A stretch of 64,000 nucleotides of DNA from an uncultured Rickettsiales bacterium (GTDB lineage Bacteria; Myxococcota_A; UBA796; UBA9615; CAYRNR01). Shown piece after piece: positions 1-8,054 of this stretch (position 1 is its first letter; each line of letters begins with the position of its first letter). Location: assembly GCA_964542165.1 (NCBI GenBank), contig CAZITQ010000003.1, forward strand, positions 12,451 through 76,450, read 5' to 3'. The notes under the pieces are model-generated. The model had not been told where the DNA came from, did no database searches, and saw nothing but the letters and a program-made list of their open reading frames with translations. Position numbers and translations under genes: made by a program.

Positions 1-78
1 TACGAGAAGGAGCGGGTCGCCGGCGGCGGCGACGGCAAGCGCCGAGGTATGCGGGTGGTCGAGGGAGGGCCCAAGTGA
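1..78 (+). CDS. 3' end of an upstream CDS (partial, product unknown)
   Basis: Frame is open from the window edge (..RVVEGGPK) and ends at TGA 76-78, inside the GTGATG that starts the next gene. Too short to identify. Confidence 0.3.
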   Translation, partial: YEKERVAGGGDGKRRGMRVVEGGPK

Positions 79-602
79 TGCGCGCCACGTCCCTCGGACT
101 CGTCGTGATGCTGGTGCTCGTCGGTGGACCGCTGGGCGGCTGCGGAGACGACGTGGACCGCTACGTCACCGACCTGAGCAGCCGCAACCCCATGGTGCGC
201 CTCGAGGCCGCCAAGCTGGCCAAGCGGGTGAACGACCCGCGCCTGGCTGCCGCGCTGACACCCCTGCTGGACGACAGCAGCCAGGACATCCGCCTCAACG
301 CCGCCATCGCCCTGGCCTACATCGGCACGGCGGAGGAGGTGCCGGCGCTGATCGCGGCCCTCGGCGACCCGAGCCGGGACGTACGCCTGGCGGTCGTCGA
401 CGCCCTGGGCCGGATCCAGGACGAACGGGCCGTGCCCTCGCTGCTCGCCATGCTGGACACGGAGCCCGAGCCCTACTCGGTGATCTGGGCCCTGGGCAGC
501 ATCGGCAGCGACCAGTCCCTGGACGCGCTCACGCCGATGCTCGACGACGACAACCGCTACGTCCGCTACCAGTCCCGCCGAGCCCTGCTCAAGATCCGCT
601 GA
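75..602 (+). CDS. HEAT-repeat (PBS lyase-like) lipoprotein
   Basis: Signal peptide with lipobox (LGGCG). Followed by repeated ..VR..A..ALG.IG....vpaLi.aL.D motifs typical of HEAT_2/PBS-lyase repeats. Confidence 0.7.
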   Translation: MMRATSLGLVVMLVLVGGPLGGCGDDVDRYVTDLSSRNPMVRLEAAKLAKRVNDPRLAAALTPLLDDSSQDIRLNAAIALAYIGTAEEVPALIAALGDPSRDVRLAVVDALGRIQDERAVPSLLAMLDTEPEPYSVIWALGSIGSDQSLDALTPMLDDDNRYVRYQSRRALLKIR

Positions 603-610
603 TCCACCCC

Positions 611-2257
611 GTGTCCGAACGCGGACCGCGCCCCCTCGTACTCTCGGTCCTGGTGGCCCTCCTGCCCCTGCTGGTCGCGGCGACGGGGGCCGCCGCCCGG
701 GAGCCCGCTTCGGTGGACATCCCCCCGGACGATCCCCTGCAGCGGGATCTGCTGCGACTCTCGCTTCGCTACGGGGACCTGTCGCCCGGCGTCACCACCC
801 GACCGATCACCCGGCTGGAGGCGGCCCGGTTGCTGGACCGCATCGAGCGGCGCTACGGAGACCCCACGGATCCGGTGGATCGGGGACTGCGGCGGAGGCT
901 GGCGGTGGAGCTCGGGCCGGAGCGGGCCTGGATCGCCGGGGACCGCCGCTACGGCGAGGTCCTGTTCCGACCCCTGGCCGAGCTGCGATGCGAGGGTATG
1001 GTCACGGCGGGCGGGGATCCGTATCCGCTGCACGGGGGCGATGCGTCGGGGCCCTTCGCCGCTTGCTCGGCCACCGCGGAACTGGTCGCAGGTCCCCTGG
1101 CGGTAGTCCTCGAGCCGCGCTTCGCCTACGACCCGGTGGGGGGAGGCAATGCCCCGGCGGGTCCGCTCCGCCTGGGAGCCGGCGCGGTACTGGACATGCC
1201 CCGGGGCTACCTGAAGCTGGGCGGCGCCAACCTGGAGTTGCTGGCCGGCGTCGGCGGCATGGCCTGGGGCACCGGCCGCGCCGGGTTGTTGTGGAGCGGC
1301 AACGCCGCCGATCCGCTGATGGTCCGTTTCACCCAGCCCCGCCCGTGGCATCTGCCGTGGATCTTCCGCTACCTGGGGGACTTCCGGGTCACCTTGATGT
1401 GGAGCCACCTGCGGGGCCCCCGGGACGACGTGGCGAATCCCAACACCCTGGGCATGAAGATCGACTGGCGTCCCGTGGTGCCGTGGCTCGAGATCGGGCT
1501 GTCGCGACTGGCCATGTACGGAGGAGAGGGTCGCCCCACCGCAACCGCCACGGACATCTGGCAGCTGATCTGGGCCACCCACCCCCACGCGGACTACGAC
1601 CAGGACAAGACCCTGTTCGACGCCAACGAGCTGGCCGCCATCGAGGCGACGCTGCTGGTGCCGTACGCGGATCGAATCCCGGGCGTCCGCTTCGTGCAGC
1701 TGTACTGGACCAACGCGGGTGAGGACACCATCCGGACCTACCTGGGTCCCATCCCCCTCCCCGCCCTGACCGGCGCGGCCAACCTGGGCGGGTTCTATCT
1801 GGGGATCGGGCCGCTCACGGCGCGCCTGGAGTGGGTGCGGCTGATGGACGACCGCTTCCGCTGGTACACCCACCACCGTATCTACCACGATGGCTTCGTC
1901 CACCACGGCAGGATCACCGGCCACCCCATCGGCGGCGACGCGGAGGCCACCTACGTGGAGCTGGGGCTGGACGTCGGGGGACCGGTGGAGGCGTGGGTCT
2001 GGTTCGAGCGGGTGCACCACGAAGGGGTGGTCGACGTGTACGACGGCACGGTCCACACCCTGGGCACCGATCTCTACCGGACCCTCGTGGGCGCCCAGGT
2101 CCGCGCCCAGCTCCTGGGCACCGCCCGTCCCGGACGACCGCGGCTCCAGGCCCAGCTGCGATTCCAGCTGGAGCACCACCGCAACGCCGGGTACGTGCCC
2201 GGTGCGACCGCGGTCTACCCCCAGCTCTGGGCCGAGGTGCGCATCCCCTTCTATTGA
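611..2257 (+). CDS. wzi: Capsule assembly protein Wzi family (outer-membrane)
   Basis: Signal peptide. Recalled Wzi-like motifs are present: N-terminal D..L.RDLL.L, WGTG..GLL.S....P, RLAMYGGEGRP and YTHHRIYHDGF.H.G...G...GGD. Ends in an aromatic residue, as beta-barrels do. Confidence 0.65.
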   Translation: MSERGPRPLVLSVLVALLPLLVAATGAAAREPASVDIPPDDPLQRDLLRLSLRYGDLSPGVTTRPITRLEAARLLDRIERRYGDPTDPVDRGLRRRLAVELGPERAWIAGDRRYGEVLFRPLAELRCEGMVTAGGDPYPLHGGDASGPFAACSATAELVAGPLAVVLEPRFAYDPVGGGNAPAGPLRLGAGAVLDMPRGYLKLGGANLELLAGVGGMAWGTGRAGLLWSGNAADPLMVRFTQPRPWHLPWIFRYLGDFRVTLMWSHLRGPRDDVANPNTLGMKIDWRPVVPWLEIGLSRLAMYGGEGRPTATATDIWQLIWATHPHADYDQDKTLFDANELAAIEATLLVPYADRIPGVRFVQLYWTNAGEDTIRTYLGPIPLPALTGAANLGGFYLGIGPLTARLEWVRLMDDRFRWYTHHRIYHDGFVHHGRITGHPIGGDAEATYVELGLDVGGPVEAWVWFERVHHEGVVDVYDGTVHTLGTDLYRTLVGAQVRAQLLGTARPGRPRLQAQLRFQLEHHRNAGYVPGATAVYPQLWAEVRIPFY

Positions 2258-2363
2258 GGACGCGCGAGGGTAGACGTTTTCCACCGACGTGGTATGTTCC
2301 CCCGCGCTCCGGCGCCACGCAGGCGCCGTCGACACCGCGAAACTCCAGCGAAAGGACGCTGTC

Positions 2364-3515
2364 GTGAGACTCACCGCGCTTCTGCTGACCTCCATGCTCC
2401 TGCTCGCGTGCAACGGTGGCACCTCCACCGCCGGCGGGACCAACTCCGGCGGCGTGACCGCCACCTCCGGCATCGAGGGCCTCGAGACCGAGGGCGACCC
2501 GCTGGTCGCCACCTACGACGGGGTCGAGATCCGGCTCTCCGAGCTCGACGAGGACGCCAAGCCCCACATCATCAAGGCCATGGTGGAGATCGAGCGCGCC
2601 CGTAGCGGCCTGCTCGAGCGACGGATCTTCGAGGACCTGGTCGAGCGGGAGGCCACCGCCGCCGGCATGGAGTCCGAGGAATGGCTGAAGGAGGAGATCG
2701 AGGGCAAGGTCGCCGAGGTCACCGACGAGGAGGCCCAGGCCTTCTTCGACGCGAATCCGCCCCGGGGTCCCCAGACCTTCGAGCAGATGAAGCCTCAGGT
2801 GGTCCAGCACCTGAGCCGCCAGCGCCAGGCCGAGCGGGCCGCTGAGCTGACCAAGGACCTCAAGGCCAAGTACAACGTCGCCATCACGCTGGAGCCCTTC
2901 CGCCAGGAGGTCTCCGCGGACGACGATCCCTTCAAGGGCCCCGAGGACGCGGCGGTCACCATCGTCGAGTTCGCCGACTTCCAGTGTGGCTACTGCGCCC
3001 GCACCCGCGACACCACCGACGAGATCCTCGAGACCTACCCGGACCACGTGAAGTTCGTCTTCCGCGACTCGCCCATCGAGAAGCACCCGCGGGCGATCTT
3101 CATGGCCCAGGCCGCCAACTGCGCCATGGACCAGGGCAAGTACTGGGAGATGTACGACCTGCTGTTCGACAACATGCGGGCCACCAAGGACGAAGAGCTC
3201 AAGGCCCACGCGGTCACCCTGGAGCTGGATACCGCCGTCTTCGACGAGTGCTACGACAGTGGCAAGTACGCCGAAGAGGTGGAGAAGGACATGGCCGACA
3301 GCAAGTCCGTGGGCGTCAGCGGCACCCCCGCGTTCTTCGTCAACGGCCGGATGATTTCCGGCGCCCAGCCGTTCCAGGCATTCGCCGCCATCATCGACGA
3401 CGAGCTGGATCGCGCCGGCATCGAGCTGCCCGAGAAGGTCGAGGCCGAGGCCGACGAGAAGGCCGACGAGAAGGCCGACGAGAAGGCCGACGAGGCCGAG
3501 GAAGCCAAGGGCTAG
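2364..3515 (+). CDS. DsbA-like thioredoxin-fold lipoprotein with SurA-N-like chaperone segment
   Basis: GTG at 2364 follows AAAGGA. Lipoprotein signal LLLLAC. Thioredoxin CxxC motif FADFQCGYCAR plus GVSGTPAFFVNG. The ORF track starts it at 2289. Confidence 0.8.
   Translation: MRLTALLLTSMLLLACNGGTSTAGGTNSGGVTATSGIEGLETEGDPLVATYDGVEIRLSELDEDAKPHIIKAMVEIERARSGLLERRIFEDLVEREATAAGMESEEWLKEEIEGKVAEVTDEEAQAFFDANPPRGPQTFEQMKPQVVQHLSRQRQAERAAELTKDLKAKYNVAITLEPFRQEVSADDDPFKGPEDAAVTIVEFADFQCGYCARTRDTTDEILETYPDHVKFVFRDSPIEKHPRAIFMAQAANCAMDQGKYWEMYDLLFDNMRATKDEELKAHAVTLELDTAVFDECYDSGKYAEEVEKDMADSKSVGVSGTPAFFVNGRMISGAQPFQAFAAIIDDELDRAGIELPEKVEAEADEKADEKADEKADEAEEAKG
3450..3494 (+). repeat. 12-bp tandem repeat (gccgacgagaag x3.75) encoding (ADEK)n tail
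   Basis: Read directly from the sequence. Three perfect 12-bp units plus a partial unit at the 3' end of the DsbA-like gene. Confidence 0.9.
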
Positions 3516-3582
3516 TCCACCCAGGAGCCCGCTGACCGGGTCCGCCCTCCGCCGTCGAACCACATCCACCCTGGGGGGGGCC

Positions 3583-5784
3583 ATGCCACCCGACAAGACC
3601 GTTCTGGAACCCGTCTCCGGCGCGAGCGCCGGCTCGCCGAACCTCCCGGCCAACATCGGCGCCTACCGGATCCTCCGGGTCCTCGGACACGGGGGCATGG
3701 GCACGGTCTACCTGGCGCGTCACACCTCCGAACCCGTGGCCCAGCGCCAGGGCGGAGACGTGGCGCTGAAGGTCATGCACCCCCACCGGTCCCACGACGA
3801 GCAGTTCCGCAAGCGATTCGAGCGCGAGGCCCGGTTGGGGATCGACCTGACCCACCCCGGCATCGTGCGAGCCTTCGACCTGGTCGTGGACGGCGAGACC
3901 CTGGCCATCGCCATGGAGTACGCGCCGGGCAAGACGCTCGCCGAGCTGCTGGCGGAGCGCCAGGGAGCTCCGTTCCCGGTGGACTGGTCCCTGGCCATGT
4001 TCCGCCACCTGCTGGACGCCGTCGCCGCTGCCCATCGGGCGGGGGTGATCCACCGGGACATCAAGCCGGACAACATCGTGATCGGCGCGGACGGCAGCCC
4101 CAAGATCCTCGACTTCGGGATCGCCAAGGAGAGCGACTCCACCGACACCAAGACCGGCGCGGGCATGGGCACGGTCTGCTACATGGCCCCCGAGCAATAC
4201 GTGGATGCCAAGGCGGTGGACGCGCGGGCGGACGTGTACGCCCTGGGCATGACCCTGTACGAGATGCTGGCGGGCCGGCTGCCCTGGCCTGCGGAGACCA
4301 CGGATTTCCTGGCCATGAACCTCAAGGCCCAGGGCAAGGTGGAACCCCTGGCGGCGGTGAATCCCCAGATCCCAGCGGAGCTCTCCGACCAGGTCTCCGC
4401 GGCCATCGCCGCGGAAGCGGACGCCCGGATCCCGACGGTGGAGGCCCTGGCCAGCGCCCTGACGCCCTTCGAGCGGACCCCTGAGCAGGCCCAGACCGAG
4501 GCCCTGCTGGCCGAGGCGCGGCAGCAGGCAGAGCGGGAGCTGGCCGAGGCCCGACAGGAGATCGAACGACAGCTGGCCGAGGCGAAGCAGCAGGCCGATG
4601 CTCTGCTCGAGGCCGCCCGAGGCGAGGTGACGTCGAGACCGCCCGCGAGGTCGAAGCCGGGAGCTGGCCGTTGGGGCTGGCTCTGGGGAGTAGCAGGCGC
4701 GGTCATGGGAGCTGGGCTGACAGCGGTCATAGTGGTGCCCTTGTTGGTCTATCTGGAGAGCCGAAACGAGGTGCCTGAGACCGAGGCCGAGGCCGAGGCC
4801 GAGGCCGAGATCGAGACCGAGGCCGAGACCGAGACCGAGGCCGAGACCGATCCCGTCGCCGCCCGATACCGGGGAAAAACCATTCGCCGGTCCGAACTGG
4901 ACGAGGAAGTCAGATCCCACCTGGTCAAGGCCGAGCTCGACATCGAACGGGCACGTTCCGGCCTGCTGGAGAGAAAGATCTTCGAGGATCTGGTGGCGCG
5001 GGAGGCGGAGGCGGCCGGAACGGACTCGGAGACCTGGCTGAAGCGGGAGATCGAGGACAGGGTGCCCGACGTGACCACCGCGGAGGCCCGAGCGTTCTTC
5101 GACAAGAATCCGCCGCGGGGGAACCAGACGTTCGACCAGATGAAGGACCGGGTGAAGCAGCACCTCGCTCGTCAGCGGGAGGCAGAGCGAGCTGCCGAGG
5201 TGACCAAGGAACTCAAGGCCAAGTACGGCGTCGAGATACTGCTCGAGCCCTTCCGCCAGGAGGTCTCCGCGGACGACGATCCCTTCAGGGGCCCCGCCGA
5301 CGCGCCGGTCACGATCATCGAGTTCGCGGACTTCCAGTGCGGCTATTGCGCCCGAACCCGGACCACCACCGACCAGATCCTCGAGGAGTACGCCGGACTG
5401 GTGAAATTCGTCTTCCGCGACTCGCCCATCGAGAAGCACCCCCGCGCCATCTACATGGCCCAGGCCGCCAACTGTGCCAACGAGCAGGGCCAGTACTGGG
5501 AGATGTACGACCTGCTTTTCGACAACAACCGCGACACCAAGGACAGCGAGCTCAAGGCCCACGCCCGGACCCTGGGGCTGGACACGGCGGCATTCAACGA
5601 CTGCTACGACAGCGGGCGGTACGCGGAGGAGGTGGAGAAGGACATGGCCGATGGCAAGTCCGTCGGCGTGAGCGGCACACCGGCGTTCTTCGTCAACGGT
5701 CGAATGGTGTCCGGTGCCCAGCCCTTCCAGGCCTTCGCGGCCGTCATCGACGACGAGCTCGAGATCGCTGGCATCTCCCGCTGA
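3583..5784 (+). CDS. Ser/Thr protein kinase, single TM helix, periplasmic DsbA-like thioredoxin domain (fusion)
   Basis: Hanks kinase motifs: GHGGMGTVY, VALK, HRDIKPDN, DFGIAK, APE. TM helix WGWLWGVAGAVMGAGLTAVIVVPLLVYL. The C-terminal ~330 aa is highly similar to the preceding gene, including FADFQCGYCAR. Confidence 0.85.
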   Translation: MPPDKTVLEPVSGASAGSPNLPANIGAYRILRVLGHGGMGTVYLARHTSEPVAQRQGGDVALKVMHPHRSHDEQFRKRFEREARLGIDLTHPGIVRAFDLVVDGETLAIAMEYAPGKTLAELLAERQGAPFPVDWSLAMFRHLLDAVAAAHRAGVIHRDIKPDNIVIGADGSPKILDFGIAKESDSTDTKTGAGMGTVCYMAPEQYVDAKAVDARADVYALGMTLYEMLAGRLPWPAETTDFLAMNLKAQGKVEPLAAVNPQIPAELSDQVSAAIAAEADARIPTVEALASALTPFERTPEQAQTEALLAEARQQAERELAEARQEIERQLAEAKQQADALLEAARGEVTSRPPARSKPGAGRWGWLWGVAGAVMGAGLTAVIVVPLLVYLESRNEVPETEAEAEAEAEIETEAETETEAETDPVAARYRGKTIRRSELDEEVRSHLVKAELDIERARSGLLERKIFEDLVAREAEAAGTDSETWLKREIEDRVPDVTTAEARAFFDKNPPRGNQTFDQMKDRVKQHLARQREAERAAEVTKELKAKYGVEILLEPFRQEVSADDDPFRGPADAPVTIIEFADFQCGYCARTRTTTDQILEEYAGLVKFVFRDSPIEKHPRAIYMAQAANCANEQGQYWEMYDLLFDNNRDTKDSELKAHARTLGLDTAAFNDCYDSGRYAEEVEKDMADGKSVGVSGTPAFFVNGRMVSGAQPFQAFAAVIDDELEIAGISR
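4777..4850 (+). repeat. Imperfect hexanucleotide repeat (gaggcc/gagacc)n encoding an (EA/ET)n acidic linker
   Basis: Read directly from the sequence. Encodes ETEAEAEAEAEIETEAETETEAETD immediately after the TM helix of the kinase. Confidence 0.9.
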
Positions 5785-5843
5785 CAGTTCCGCCCTCGCC
5801 CCGCTCGGGGTAGGATGCCGCCCCGAGGACGTCACCGTACACC

Positions 5844-6623
5844 ATGCCCCCCCGCCCCCTCCCCGGACAGCGGACCGAGCTCCTGGGCCTGCCCGTGCAT
5901 GCCCACGACCTGTCCTCGCTGCTGGCCACCGTCGACCGGAGGGGGGGGGGGGGGGGGGGTAACAGGTGGCCCTACGCCAACGTCCACACGGTCAACACGG
6001 CCCTGGAACAGCCCGACGTGGCCCGGTTCATGCGCAGCGCGGACCTGATCTACTGCGACGGCAACGGCATCCGGCTGGGGGCCTGGCTGGGGGGGCAGCA
6101 GCTGCCGCCGCGGATGACGGGGGCCGACTGGATCGCCGACCTGGGGCGCCTGGCGGCGGACCGGGGATACCGCCTGTTCTGGCTCGGGGGAGCGGAGGGA
6201 GTGGCCGAGGCCGCGGCGCGGCGGCTGACCGAACTCGCGCCCGGGTTGGCTGTCGCGGGGACCCACCACGGCTACATCGACAAGCGAGGCCCGCAGACCG
6301 ACGCCGTCGTCGACCAGATCAACGAGTCCGGCGCCGACATCGTGCTGGTGGGCTTCGGCACGCCGCTGCAGGAGCGCTGGATCGCCGAGCACCGGGATCG
6401 ACTGGACGCGCCCGTGGTGTGGGCCCTGGGGGCCACCGCGGACTTCCTGTCGGGTCACGTCTCCCGGGGACCGGCCCTGTTGCACCAGCACGGCGCCGAG
6501 TGGCTGGCCCGACTGCTGGTGGACCCCAGGCGGCTGTGGCGCCGGTACCTGATCGGCAACACGCGCTACCTGACGCGGGTCGCGGCGGACCGCTGGGCGC
6601 ACCGGAGAGGGGGCCGACGGTGA
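5844..6623 (+). CDS. WecB/TagA/CpsF family glycosyltransferase
   Basis: Family-typical LLGLPVHA..L..LL, ANVHTVN, DLIYCDGNGIRLG, ADIVLVGFGTPLQERW and ALGATADFLSG. Contains the G19 tract. Confidence 0.8.
   Translation: MPPRPLPGQRTELLGLPVHAHDLSSLLATVDRRGGGGGGNRWPYANVHTVNTALEQPDVARFMRSADLIYCDGNGIRLGAWLGGQQLPPRMTGADWIADLGRLAADRGYRLFWLGGAEGVAEAAARRLTELAPGLAVAGTHHGYIDKRGPQTDAVVDQINESGADIVLVGFGTPLQERWIAEHRDRLDAPVVWALGATADFLSGHVSRGPALLHQHGAEWLARLLVDPRRLWRRYLIGNTRYLTRVAADRWAHRRGGRR
5941..5959 (+). repeat. Homopolymeric G19 tract inside the glycosyltransferase CDS (encodes RGGGGGG)
   Basis: 19 consecutive G counted in the sequence. In frame as given. Confidence 0.95.
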
Positions 6624-7336
6624 TCTTCCTGTTCGACATCGACGGCACGCTGCTGCTCAGCGGAGGGGCCGGCCGGACCGCCATGTCGGCCGCCTTCGAC
6701 GCCCACCTGCCCCGCCCGGGTGCCATGGACGGGGTGAGCTGCGCCGGCAAGACGGACCCCGTGATCCTCGAGGAGGCCTGCAGCAAGGTGCTGGGACACG
6801 GACCGGACGCGCCCCTGATCGAGCGCTTGCACGAGACCTACCTGGCACACTTGCCCGCGGCCCTGCGGGACAACCCCAACTTCCGGCTGATGCCCGGCGT
6901 ACCCGAGGTCCTGCAGACCCTGGCCCGCCGCAAGAACTGTCACCTGACGGTGGCCACGGGCAACATCGAGGCCGGGGCGCGGATGAAGCTGGCGCGGGCA
7001 GGGCTCGACCGCTGGCTGCCGCTGGGCGGATACGGCGACGGGGTCTTCCAGCGCGTGGAGATCCTCCACCGGGCGATCCGCGAGGTCCGCGACACCCACG
7101 GCGAGCAGGCGGCCGCGCCCCCCTGGATCGTGGTGGGCGACACGGTGCGCGACATCGAGGCCGCCCGCGAGCTGGGGGGACACGTGGCCGTGCTCGCCGA
7201 CACCACCACCTCCCGTGACCGGCTGGTGGAGGCGGGCCCCGACCTGGTGATGGACGACCTGCGGGAGCTGCTACCCTGGAGCCGCCGCCTGGCGCGCCGG
7301 GCGCGAACGGACGCCACAGGAGGGACCCATGCCTGA
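6620..7336 (+). CDS. HAD-superfamily hydrolase (phosphoglycolate phosphatase-like)
   Basis: GTG 6620 overlaps the upstream stop (GTGA). HAD motif I FLFDIDGTLL, motif II TVATGN and motif IV VVGDTVRDIEAA. The upstream part of ORF 5966..7336 looks non-coding. Confidence 0.75.
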   Translation: MIFLFDIDGTLLLSGGAGRTAMSAAFDAHLPRPGAMDGVSCAGKTDPVILEEACSKVLGHGPDAPLIERLHETYLAHLPAALRDNPNFRLMPGVPEVLQTLARRKNCHLTVATGNIEAGARMKLARAGLDRWLPLGGYGDGVFQRVEILHRAIREVRDTHGEQAAAPPWIVVGDTVRDIEAARELGGHVAVLADTTTSRDRLVEAGPDLVMDDLRELLPWSRRLARRARTDATGGTHA

Positions 7337-8048
7337 CCAGAATCAACTGGACGACGTGTACGGGGTAGACGACGAGCCCAGCGGCGGGCGGTGGAAGGGC
7401 TGCCTGCTGGGCGGCTGCATCGTCTCGCTGGTGCTGTGCGTCCTGGTCTGCTGCGGCGGCCTGATCGCGCTGCTCTTCATCTGGAAATACCTGGTGGCGC
7501 TCATCCTGGGCTACTTCGTGGCCGGCGATCCCCTCCCCGCCCCCACCGATCGCTGGGACGACGCCCAGGTGGCGGCCGTGGAACAGCGCGTCACCGAGGA
7601 GCTCGAGCAGAACCGGACCCTGACCCTCAGCGGCGAGGAGCTGGGCCAGTGGGCCGCCCACGAGATCGACGACCCCCAGCTCACGGTGTTCCACGTGCGC
7701 GTCGACGACCAGGACCGGGCCTCCCTGGACCTCTCCTACCAGCTCGATCCCACCCAGCAGCAGTGGATCAACATCCACGTCCAGGGCGAGGTCGAGATGG
7801 AGGACGGCTGGTTCACCGAGTTCGTGATCCACGAGATGGACCTCGGCGACATCGACCTGATCCAGCAGGCCTCGGGTCAGGACATGACCGCCGAGGCCAA
7901 CCAGAACCTGGCCCAGCAGCGGGCCCAGGACCCCAAGGTCGACCAGACCATGGACTGGATCGAGCACCTGGAGTTCGACGACGGCCAGATCCAGATCACC
8001 TTCACCGAGGAGGGGATCGAGGATCTGAAGTCCGAGGGGAAGCTGTAG
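7329..8048 (+). CDS. Hypothetical membrane-anchored acidic protein
   Basis: ATG overlaps the HAD stop by 8 nt. Has a Cys-rich TM segment (LLGGCIVSLVLCVLVCCGGLIALLFIW) and an acidic soluble domain. No family recognised. Confidence 0.5.
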   Translation: MPDQNQLDDVYGVDDEPSGGRWKGCLLGGCIVSLVLCVLVCCGGLIALLFIWKYLVALILGYFVAGDPLPAPTDRWDDAQVAAVEQRVTEELEQNRTLTLSGEELGQWAAHEIDDPQLTVFHVRVDDQDRASLDLSYQLDPTQQQWINIHVQGEVEMEDGWFTEFVIHEMDLGDIDLIQQASGQDMTAEANQNLAQQRAQDPKVDQTMDWIEHLEFDDGQIQITFTEEGIEDLKSEGKL

Positions 8049-8054
8049 GAACGA

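Noticed and set aside
566-2512. 648-aa ORF antisense to the wzi-like gene
   Set aside because: Arg/Gly/Pro/Ala-rich composition with no motifs. It lies fully opposite a gene with family-specific motifs. This is a typical high-GC shadow ORF.
3391-5835. 814-aa ORF antisense to the kinase-DsbA gene
   Set aside because: It has the low-complexity composition of a GC-rich antisense frame, whereas the + strand frame carries complete kinase and thioredoxin motifs.
5966-7336. 456-aa ORF suggesting a long fusion upstream of the HAD hydrolase
   Set aside because: Only the part from GTG 6620 has HAD motifs. The upstream part overlaps the TagA-like gene in another frame and is Arg/Gly/Pro nonsense.
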